From Rebecca billardiae RCC1528 (taxonomy: Eukaryota > Protista > Haptophyta): a DNA stretch of 64,000 bases. A program made the translations under genes and the position numbers. The DNA is taken from the NCBI GenBank assembly GCA_965240325.2, contig OZ251225.1, forward strand, positions 2,418,001 to 2,482,000. Direction: 5' to 3'. Positions 47,360-57,940 of the stretch are shown here, piece by piece. The notes beneath the pieces were generated by a model, which made no database searches, was not told the origin of the DNA, and saw only the letters and a list, made by a program, of their open reading frames with translations. The number at the start of each line of letters is the position of its first letter. Position 1 is the first letter of the stretch.

Positions 47360-48495
47360 ATGTCGGGCTGGGATGACCTCGACTTTATGAAGAAGTTCAA
47401 GGCAGTGGTCGACAAGTCCACTGGCGAGACCATCATGGTGGCAAGCGACGCGCCCGAGTACGAGCTCGACGCGTCGGGCAATATTGTCGGCGGCTTGCCC
47501 GCAGACAAGGCGTCCGACGGAACGGGCGGTTCCGAGGCGCCGTCGACGGGCTTCAACTTCGGCACGGCCGCTGGCGCCAGCGGTGGCCCGGCGAAATTCT
47601 CGTTCGGCGTGCCGACGCCACAGGCCGGCGCCAGCGGCGCGGCACCCGGGTTCACGTTTGGTGGCGGGGCGAGCGGCGCGGGCGCAGGCGGCGGCGGAAG
47701 TGGAGGGTTCGCGTTCGGTGGCGGGGGTGGGTCGGCGCCGACGAATTTCTCCTTCGGCGTTGGCGCAGGCGCGCCCGCCTTCGGCGCCGACGCGGGCAAG
47801 CGCAAGGCCTCGGACGATCCAGCAGCTGGCGTGCCCAAGCGCGGCAAGCGGCGCGCGATGGCTCGCACCGGCGACGAGACGGGCGGCGTGTACGTCGCGG
47901 GGAACGGAGACTGCGGGCAGATGGGGCTGGGCGAAGACGAGGCGCTGATGGAGTGCGCCACCCCTGCGCCTATCCCCAGCCTCGCGGCGGAGGGTGTCGT
48001 CTCTGTCGCGTGCGGTGGCATGCACTCGGTCGTCGTCACGCGCGGCGGCCGGCTGTGGACGTGGGGCTGCAACGACGACTGTGCGCTCGGCCGCCCGGGC
48101 GACGAGTCGCGGCCGGGGCTGGTGGCTGGCGAGCTGACGTACGCACGCGTCAAGGCGGTCTGCGCGGGCGACTGCCATACCGCCGCGCTGCTCGACGACG
48201 GGCGCGTCTTCTCGTGGGGCACCTACAGGGACTCGAACGGGTACATTGGGTATGCACCCGCCAAGGGGGGCGGCAGCGCCAACGTGCTCAAGGCGGAGAT
48301 GCCGGTACTCGTGCCGGGGCTGACGGGTGTGCGCATCACCGCCATTGCGAGCGGCTCGAACCACACCCTCGCCATCTGCCGCGGCTCGCCTGCCCTGTAC
48401 GCGTGGGGCTGCGGCGAGCAGGGCCAGCTCGGCCGCTCCGTGAGCAAGGGGATGGCCGTGGCCAACCTTGTGCCTGCCGTGCCCGCACTCACGAT

Positions 48496-48528
<33 letters not shown>

Positions 48529-49498
48529 GACGCCGTCGCTTCGCGTGCTCAACGCCAACTTTGTGACGCACGTCGACGGGCTGCTCAAGTCCGACCCGCA
48601 CGGGGACTGGTCGGGCGCCGTGCAGCAGTTCATCGCCCACCGCGCCGCTGTGCTCGACGGGAGCGCGCCCGCGGGCGCAGAGGCATCCGCAAACCCGCCA
48701 GGCGATGGCGTCGGGCTCGAGGGAGTCTTCGCGGGATCTTACCACTCGTTCGCGCTCACGACAGACGGCGCCGTGTATGCCTTCGGCCTGAACAACATGG
48801 GCCAGCTCGGCGTGGGCGACCTGCTCGGCAAGGAGAGCATGACGATGACGCCCCAGCGCGTGCCCGGTGTGCGCGCGGCCCCATTTGGCTGGCTCACTCC
48901 CCGAAGAGGTGGCCCGCCGTGCGTGCCTGTGCTCATGCGCGTCCTGCGGTGCGCCGTGCGCAGGTCTCGACGGCAAGGGCGTCACGATGCTGCACGGGGG
49001 CGAGCACCACTCAGTCGCCCTCACTCGCGGGGGTGCGCCGCACCGCAGCGCGCGCGTTGCGGGCGACACGCGCGTTTGCTCACGCCGCTGGGCTCGCATG
49101 CGCACTCCACTCACCCTGCGCCGTCCGCGCCTGCGAACGCGCCCGCGTCGGCACTGCGCCCAGGGGATGTGTACGTCTTCGGACGTGGCGACTCGAACCA
49201 ACTCGGGCTGGGTGACGGGAAGGAGCAGCACAAGGCGCCGCAGCTCGTGGAGCGGCTCAAGGGGTTCGGCGTGCACAAGGTGTGCTGCGGCTCCAACCAG
49301 ACGGCTGCCGTGACCACCGCTGGCGAGCTGTACACCTGGGGCTTTGGCGAGATGTACCAGCTATGCAACGGGAAGATGAAAGACTGCGTGACGCCGTACC
49401 TCGTTGAGAGCGCGCCGCTGGGCAGCAGGCGTGTGCTCGACGTGGGCATGGGCGGCCAGCACACGGTGGTGCTTGCCACAGAGTCGGAGGAATCGTGA
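47360..49498 (+). CDS. RCC1: RCC1 (Ran GEF) with N-terminal FG repeats, bipartite NLS and Nup50-like insertion; introns 48867-48963, 49033-49163
   Basis: GNGDCGQMGLG, ACGGMHS, WTWGCNDDCALGR, AGDCHTAAL..DGRVFSWGTYRDSNG, WGCGEQGQLGR, FGLNNMGQLG, YTWGFGEMYQL, GGQHT. These match orthologue-type RCC1 motifs. Confidence 0.88.
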
Positions 49499-50323
49499 AC
49501 AGACGACCGCGGATCATCATGGCTGCCGACCGAAGCCGCAGGCCGGGGCTCGGCGCCGGCCAGCTGCTCGTCCGATCGATGCCATATATGATATACGTAC
49601 AGTCACTGTCATGATCAATGTTCAAAGGTGAGCTAAAGTTCATTCAGTGCGCACCCGCCCCCGGCCGCCCGGCCGGGCTGAGCCGCGGCGGCAGGGCAGA
49701 GGGAACCTCCCACCTGCCAAAAAGTCCGGAGCCTTTGTCAGCTGCTGGAGCCGGGTAAATTCGAAATCGAGCTACGATATTAGCCACGCAAGTGCGCACC
49801 CGGCCCGCCGTATCAAGAACACTTACCAGTAGTCACTACTTATAAAATACAGCTCTCAAGCCTCAACCCTGCAGGCAGTTGCGGTTTCGCTCCGCCTCTG
49901 CAACGGGAGGCTTGCGCGCCCCGGGTGAGCCACGCGCGAGCGTCGCCCAGCGGGAGAGCTGCGCGCGCAGCGGAGTGGGCCTGGCGACCGGAGCGTACTG
50001 GCCGGGAGCATCGCGCTGGCGGGGCCCTTCGCCAGCGCCCCGTCCAGCCTATGCCCCACCTCCCAGCCGCAACGCGCCGTGGGGCTGCTCCGCGCGGGGC
50101 TGGGCGGCACATTTGTCGGGCAGCACAGCAGCCGGCCTGTCTGCCATGGGAGACCTCGCCATGCGTGGGCTGCGGTGTGCGGGGGCGTGCTCTCCGGCCA
50201 TACTGACACGCGCGTGCGCGCGTACGCCGCCACCGCCGCTCGCTTCGTGCCGCGCAGGCGAGGTCGAGCGCAGGCGCGTGGTCGTCGCGGGGTCAAAGTG
50301 GTCTGAGCATCTGCTCGTAAGCG

Positions 50324-53300
50324 ATGGAGGTCAAGCTCCTGCGCGTCAGGGTGCAGGCGTTGACGCGCGCGGCGCTGCTGCTGGTTCTCGTGGCTCCCGC
50401 TTCGTGCGCTGTCACGGCGAATCTCGAGCATCACTTCCGGTTCGACAACTCCCTCACCTCGGAGGTGTCGGCTGACTCGACGACATTCTCAGTCAGTGCC
50501 GGCTCGGCGACGTACACCGAAGGGCAAATCGTCTCGGCCTTCGACTGCAACGGCGCGAACACGCTCGTCACCGGGACAGCGATCAGCGCCATATCTGGCG
50601 CAAATCCGGTCTCCATCTCGCTGTGGCTTCGCGTCGACGGGCTCTCTGCGGATGCGGGCCTGCTGTCCGTCGGCAGTGAGGCCGTGTTCGATGAGAACCT
50701 GCTCGAGGTGCAGATTAGCGCGGGCGGCGATCTGCAGGTGGTGTTCGCCACGGTCGTCATCATGTCGGCGACCGCGTCCCTGTCGGCCGACGCGACCACG
50801 TGGCACCACGTGGCCTTCACGTCGTCGGGCAGCGCGCAAGCGCTCTACCTCGATGGGACCGACCTGGGCGCGTCCGGTGCGACCAACGACCTCACGACGG
50901 CCTCGACGGTGATGACGGTGTGCAAGGGCACCTCGTTGACCACTGTATTCAACGGGCTCATCGACGACCTGGCGATCCATTCGACCGAGCTCAGCTCGTC
51001 GGACGTGACGAGTATCTTCACGGATGGGAGCTCGTCCATCTCGGCGAGCGGCATCCCGTACGCTGCGTCGGTGTTCGCGCACTTCACGTTCAACAACGAC
51101 GTCACCGGCCTCACGCTCGCCTCGGGTACGGCGGCGTTCGCGGCGGGCGAGGTCGGTGCGGCGCTCGAGCTCGACGGCTCGACGGTCTTCACCGTCGACG
51201 ACATCGGTGCCGCCCCAGCGGCGTCGAACATCTCGGCCGCGGCGACGCGATCGTTTGCCTTCTGGTTCCGGCAGACGGCCGCAGAGCGCTCCACTTCGGG
51301 GACCACCCCGGCGATCCTGTCGTACGGCGCGTCGGGCACGCTCAACGCCTTTGACATCGGCTTGTCGTCGGGCAGCGTCGCTGTCTTCGCTGGCGGCACG
51401 AACAATCGGCTCGTGGCCAACGGCGCCGTGACGACGACGGACACGTGGTACCACGTGGCGGTCACGTACGACGACGGCGCGTACAAGATCTACATCGACG
51501 GCTCGCTGTCCAAGACGCTGGCGGACAAGACGCTCACGACGGGCGCGGGCTCGTCGGCAACGACGATCCAGATCGCCAATTCGGACAACAGCGTCGGCTT
51601 CGCGACGAACTTCGCCGGGCGGATGGACGACCTGGGCTTGTACACGGGTGTGCTCAAGCCGTCGCAGATCTCGACCATCTACACGGACGGTACGACCAAT
51701 GACAAGTCGCTGGCGGGGACCTCCCTGTCTCCGCCGCCGCCGATGCCGCCGCCGAGCCCACCGCCGCCGCCGACGCCGCCGCCGAGCCCGCCACCGAGCC
51801 CACCGCCCTCCTCGCCGCCGAGCCCGCCGCCGAGCCCGCCGCCGAGCCCGCCGCCGAGCCCGCCGCCGAGCCCGCCGCCACCCTCGCCACCACCTCCCAA
51901 CGCGGCCACTCTCATCAACCACTTCAAGTTCGACACGAGCGCCACGGAGGACGCCGCCGGCAGCCTCACGCTCGCCGCGACGGGCTCCGCCGCGCTCGGC
52001 ACGCAGGGCGGCGGCCAGGTCGGCACCGCGCTCACGTGCGCGTCGTCGGGCTACCTGCAGTCGTCGGGCGCCGTGGACGCGGGGCTGACCGGCGCGGGGC
52101 TGCGCACGGTCGTGCTCTGGTTCAAGTACACCGGCTCGGGCACCAACTCGATCGTCTCGTACGGCGACTCGGGCAACTCGGAGGACCAGGTGTTCGATGT
52201 GCTCGTCTCCCTTTCGGGCGGCGCCAAGATCTGCCTCTTCAGCGGCTCGACGAACATCGACTGCGGCCCGGGGATCTCGACGAGCACGTGGCACCACGCC
52301 GCGTTCGCGTACGACGGCGCGACGAGCGTGTACATGTACCTGGACGGCACGGCGTACGCGTCCAACCCGGTGGCGATCTCGGGCGGCGCCCTCAACACGG
52401 CATCGTCGGCGCTGCGCGTCTGCAACTCGATCACGTCCTTCTACAACAGCTACGCGGGCGACGTGGACGACCTGGGCCTGTACACCAACATGCTCAGCGG
52501 CGCACAGGTGAGCACGATCGTCACCAACCAGGCGTCCGACATCAACCTGGCTGGCAGCTCGCTCTCGCCTCCGCCGCCGATGTCACCGCCGAGCCCGCCT
52601 CCGAGCCCGCCGCCGCCGAGCCCGCCGCCGAGCCCGCCGCCGAGCCCGCCGCCGAGCCCGCCGCCAAGCCCGCCGCCGAGCCCGCCACCGCCGAAATCGC
52701 CGCCGAGCCCGCCGCCGAGCCCGCCGCCGAGCCCGCCGCCGAGCCCGCCGCCGAGCCCGCCGCCGAGCTCGCCGCCGCCCTCGCCGCCGCCGCCCCCACC
52801 GGCCGAGGTCAAGCACGCGTACAACATGAACGGCAACACCGACGACCAGTGGGGTAACAACACCGCCACGCTGTACAACGGCACGCTCGTCGGGAGCCAG
52901 GTGACGTACATCGCCAACACGCTGACCGCGCTCGACCAGGCGATCTGCCTCTTCGACTCGGCCGACCAGCACCTCGAGGCGAGCGTGCCGCTCGACATCG
53001 TCGGGGACACGCCGCGCTCGGTGAGCCTGTGGTTCCAGCAGACCGGCACGCTTGAGGCGAAAGCCCTCGTCTCGTACGGCGCGACGACGTTCGTTGGCAT
53101 CCCGGACAAGTCGATCTTCGAGATCGGGCTGGCGTCGGGCGGGCTGGTCGAGGTGCAGCTCAAGGGCGTCACGCTCACGAGCACGACCTCGTACGTGCTC
53201 AACACGTGGTACCACGTCGCCGTGACGTACAACGGGTACCGCATGAAGCTGTACGTGAACGGCGTGGAGGACCAGTCGCTCGACATCGACTCGCTCGTCA

Positions 53301-55722
53301 CCGGCACGGACGGCGTGCTGCTGATGGGCACCGGGAGGTTCTACTCGTCTGAGGGCTTCAACGGGTACCTGGACGACATTGGCTTCTTCTACGGCGTGCT
53401 CGACTGCTGCTCCACCACCCTCGAGGGCTCGGTCGCCGAGCTGTACAACGGGGGAAACCCGACGAAGGATCTGATCTTCTACCACGCGCCGCCCCCGCCG
53501 CCGATGCCGCCGCCGAGCCCGCCGCCGCCACTCCCGCCGCCATCCCCCCCGCCGCCTCCGCAGCCGCCGAGCCCACCGCCGAGCCCGCCGCCACCAGCGC
53601 CGCCACCATCTCCACCGCCGTCGCCGCCACCGCCAACGCCCAAGCCGCCGAGCCCACCGCCAAGCCCGCCGCCGACGCCACCGCCATCGCCACCGCCGCC
53701 ATCGCCTCCGCCGTCGCCGCCGCCGCCGTCGCCGCCGCCGTCACCGCCGCCGCTTCCCCCGCCGAGCCCGCCGCCGAGCCCGCCGCCGAGCCCGCCGCCG
53801 CCACTCCCGCCACCGAGCCCGCCGCCGCCACTCCCGCCACCGAGCCCGCCACCCGCGCCGCCGCCAAGCCCACCGCCGCCGAGCCCGCCACCAACGCCGC
53901 CGCCATCGCCACCGCCAGAGCCGCCGCCTTCGCCGCCGCCATCGCCACCAAGCCCCCCGCCACCGATTCCCCCTCCGTCGCCGCCACCCCTCCCGCCGCC
54001 CAGCCCGCCGCCACCAGAGCCACACCCGCCGCCCAGCCCGCCCTCGCCGCCGCCCTCGCCGCCGCCCCAGCCGCCGCCGAGCCCGCCACCGAGCCCACCC
54101 AGCCCGCCGCCCATCCCACCGCCCTCGCCTCCCCCTGCGCCGCCGCCCTCGCCGCCGCCCTCGCCGCCACCTAGCTCGCCGCCCTCGCCGCCGCCCAGCC
54201 CGCCACCGTCGCCACCCCCGTCGCCGCCGCCAGCGCCGCCGCCCTCGCCGCCGCCCTCACCGCCGCCCAGCCCGCCACCCTCGCCGCCGCCGCCCTCGCC
54301 GCCACCCAGCCCGCCGCCTACGCCGCCGCCCAGCCCGCCGCCCAGCCCGCCGCCGCCCAGCCCGCCGCCATTGCCGCCGCCATCGCCCCCTCCATCGCCG
54401 CCACCCAGTCCACCGCCACCGAGCTCGCCGCCGCCGCCGCCGCCCACGCCGCCGCCCTCGCCGCCGCCCTCGCCGCCGCCCTCGCCGCCGCCACCCTCGC
54501 CGCCGCCCTCGCCGCCCTCGCCGCCACCCTCGCCGCCGCCGGCGCCTCCACCGAGCCCGCCCCCGCCGAGCCCGCCGCCCTCGCCGCCGCCGAGCTCGCC
54601 GCCGACCGCGTGGTGCGCGTTTGAGGACGAGCACCCGGTGGAGCTGTGCGACTGGACGCACGGCGGCTGCGAGTTCCGCTGGACGATGAACCAGGGCGAG
54701 ACGCCGTCGGCGTTCACCGGCCCGTCGGTCGACCACTCGACCAACTGGACCGACCCGGTCGTGCACGTGCCCTCGCCCTCCGAGGGCTACTACATCTTCA
54801 TCGAGAGCACGTGGACGCGCGCGCAGGGCGACAAGGCGTGCCTGGACTCGCCCGCGGTCAACGCGAGCGCCACGCCGGGCATGACGTTCTGGCGGCACAT
54901 GACGGGGCTGCACGTGGGCACGCTCAACGTGTACGCCAACACCTCGCACAACGCGTCCGAGGATGGGCTCCTCTTCTCGGCGAGCGAGGACGAGGGCGAC
55001 CGGTGGGTGTGGACGCACATCTGCCTCAGCGACTTTGGCCTCACCGGCATGCAGGCGGTGCGCATCGAGGGCGTGGTGGGGAGCGACTTCTCGGGCGACA
55101 TCGCGATCGACGACGTCCACTTTGGGGACTGCCTCGGTGCGACACGCGCGCCACCGATGCGTCCGGCACCCGCGGGGGCTTCGCCGCGCAGCGCCGCGAG
55201 CCATCGCGACGCACTCACGCCGCGATCCCTCGTGCGCGCGCGTGCGCGTGCGCGCGAGCAGTCACTCCGCCGCCGTCGCCGCCGCCGCCGCCGCCGCCGC
55301 CATCGCCACCGTCGCCGCCACCGCCGCCACCACCGCCGTGCGCGCGGCCGACTGAGTACGTGATCATCGAGGACGGCGGCATTTGCGATCAGACCGACCC
55401 CAGCGTGTACGGCGTGTGCGACCCGTGCGGCACCGAGTCGAGGTGTGCGCACTCGCAAGCGCGCGGCTCGCCGCGCTGAGCGAGAGCCCCAGCGAGCCGC
55501 GCTTGCCGGGCCTGCCCCGCCCTCACCGTGCGACGCTGCCCAACGCCCTGGCCTGCACTCGCGCGTCGCAGGGGCCCGCTCGACTGTGTGTGTGTGTCGT
55601 CGTACATCCGGCGCAAGCGCCGAGCAAACTCCCACGCCGCGGCTGCGCACAAGCGCGAGCTGCTCTTTGGCGGAGTGCCGGGCGGCGACGAGTTCTGCTA
55701 CTGCCAGGAGGTTGGGGCATGA
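50324..55722 (+). CDS. large secreted glycoprotein: signal peptide, 4 LamG/ConA-like (pentraxin-type) domains, SPPP extensin-like linkers, MAM domain, Cys-rich C-terminus; introns 55137-55261, 55443-55571
   Basis: Four repeats of HFxF..., WHHVAxT...LYxDG...FxGxxDDL. Long PPSPPP runs. MAM motifs CAFED..CDW, TGPSVDHS, GYYIFIES, GDIAIDDV. Confidence 0.88.
53488..54604 (+). repeat. coding low-complexity (Ser-Pro3-5)n tract, ~370 aa
   Basis: CCGCCGCCGAGC/CCCTCGCCGCCG-type units. Shorter tracts at ~51728-51898 and ~52564-52801. Confidence 0.95.
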
Positions 55723-56093
55723 CGGGCGCCCTCTAAAACTTGAACGTGCCACTGCGACCACGGTGCGGCCTTGACAGCACCGGTGGAGGCCAATCTACGA
55801 TCCCTGACCATGTTTCACGGCTCCGCCTGATCGGAAACTGCTGAGCGCAGGCGCCGAGCCACGGTGCGCGCAAGCCGGGGGTGAGCCGTGCGGATCGTGC
55901 CGTCGCTTGTACGCTGCTCTGAGGAGCCTGATCACACAGTTGAATTCGCTGCAGCCAGCATCATGAATCTCCAACGGCGCTCCGGCGACGGAGCCTGAGG
56001 GAGGCCCACATAACTCACCGTAAGCCAACTGTGAGCGACGTGGAGTTCAGCAGCCATCGTCCGTCTCACCAGGTCGATTTGGACCTCCGCAGC

Positions 56094-57161
56094 ATGGCTT
56101 CCGGGTCGAGGCGCAATTTTTTTGGAAGAGCCACAGCGGCCCTGCTCGTGACCCTTCAGCTCCGCCAGGTGGCGTCGGGGCATGCGACTGATGACAGCAC
56201 ATGCGCGTGCTTGCCCTCACGAGCGATGCCGAGTGCGAGAGAACGTCCCTTGAAGTGCGCTCATGCGCAGTATCAGGGCAAGCCCTTGTTCTCGGCGGTG
56301 ATCCATGCCTTCCGAGCACCAGTCACACAACCCGCTCACCTGGTGCGAGGGCTACGCGCAGCGCATCCCTCGATGGAGATCATTGTGGCCGACGATTCGC
56401 ACGAGAACAGCGCCGCCTGGATCGCCGCGCTGAATGGTCCGAACGACTTTTACGCCGCCACGCCGGACCTGCACGAGATTCGCTCATACAACAGGATCGC
56501 GAGCATGGCTCGGGGCGAGTACCTCATCGTGATGCAGGCCGACTATTGCTTGCCGCCCGGCGATCGGAGCTGGCTGAACAATACTCTCGCCCTCTTCGAA
56601 CACATCCCCCTGCTCGGCCTGCTTGGCGGGTTGAGCTGCATGATCGGGCAAGACGCAAAACAATTCTCCACGCCGCGCAGATGGGGCTCCCAAGGCGGGC
56701 CCGTCACAACGTCGACCCTGTCGATGCCCTTCATGTACTGCCAGGCCGCGAATCTCGGCCCGTTCGTCGCGCGCAGAAAGGCCTTCCTGCAGGTCGGTGG
56801 CTTCGACGAGAGCTTCTCATGCCCTGGCGATCCGGGGATTGGGCTCGACTTCGAAATCTCGTTCGCGATGTGGGCGGCTGGCTGGAGGGTGGGCTGGACT
56901 CCGATGCCGCACGTCAATGGCGCAGGGGGGCAGCTCTCTCAGCGGGATCGCAGGCGACACCAGGCCCGAAAACGCAACCTGGAGAGGTTGCAAAGGATAC
57001 ATGCCTTGGCTGGCTTTGGCGGCCGGGTGATCCGGACAGCCACTGATCTCAACAAGCAGCTCGACCCCATCCCGCGAGCTGAGGCGACGCAGTACAAGGT
57101 GCATCTCGTTGCCAAGAACCTCACATGTGACTATTACACGCATTCCTCTGAGGCGTGGTGA
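56094..57161 (+). CDS. GT-A fold glycosyltransferase, family 2-like
   Basis: EIIVADDS, YNRIASMARGEYLIVMQAD, GPFVARRKAFLQVGGFDESF, DFEISFAMWAAGWRVG. N-terminal hydrophobic segment. Confidence 0.8.
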   Translation: MASGSRRNFFGRATAALLVTLQLRQVASGHATDDSTCACLPSRAMPSARERPLKCAHAQYQGKPLFSAVIHAFRAPVTQPAHLVRGLRAAHPSMEIIVADDSHENSAAWIAALNGPNDFYAATPDLHEIRSYNRIASMARGEYLIVMQADYCLPPGDRSWLNNTLALFEHIPLLGLLGGLSCMIGQDAKQFSTPRRWGSQGGPVTTSTLSMPFMYCQAANLGPFVARRKAFLQVGGFDESFSCPGDPGIGLDFEISFAMWAAGWRVGWTPMPHVNGAGGQLSQRDRRRHQARKRNLERLQRIHALAGFGGRVIRTATDLNKQLDPIPRAEATQYKVHLVAKNLTCDYYTHSSEAW

Positions 57162-57940
57162 TGCTCTCTACTACATGAGCAAGTGGCCGGCGGCGCACAC
57201 GAGACGACGACGAGATATATATGGCTCGCGTGCATCAAGTCGCGTCGTGCTGTTCGTCCAGGTAGTGCTAGGTATTCTACTAGGTATATATATATATATA
57301 TAGACGAGTGCGTCTAGCGCTGATGAGTGATGACATATCATAATAAATTAATAAGTCGCGGTCATATCCGCGATGATAGGCGATAACGCGACTCAAACGA
57401 GACGACTACGAGTGACGAGACACGAGTACGACAGTATCAATCACGGTCAACGTCAACGCCCGGCTGCCGGCACCCGCGCCGGCGGCCCGGGCCCGGGGTC
57501 CGACGGACCGACGGGAAGCGGCCGAATAAGCGGGCGGTAGTTATATATATATATATTAGCGGCGATGCGACGAAAATACTATAGCTACGCGCGCCGTCCG
57601 GCGCCGGCGGGCGGCGCCGTCAGCCCTGCCATCAGCGGCAGAGTTAATGCGCCCGAGTCGAAGCAGACAACCGGACCGCGCGTCCGCGGCGGCGCGGCAT
57701 GCCGAGGCAGCCCGAGCCGCGAGCGGGCTCGCAGCCACCTCGTCACGGTCGTCCCTGCCGGCACGGTACGCGCGTGACGGCCAGCCACCAGTGGTGAGCG
57801 CATTGAGGAGCAGCAGCCGCAGCGACGCGCGGACCTTATAATAGTTACTTACACGTGCGCCGATGTGCAAATCGGTACCATACACAGTTTCGCCGTCGAG
57901 CACCTCCGAGGCCCGCTCCCGGGGCGCGGCGTGGTCGTCA

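Noticed and set aside
51728-54604. Regular 12-bp repeats as a possible CRISPR or satellite array
   Set aside because: No unique spacers and no cas genes. The repeats encode Ser-Pro rods within a CDS.
53479-54744. Gly-rich 421-aa minus-strand ORF
   Set aside because: Antisense mirror of the poly-Pro tract.
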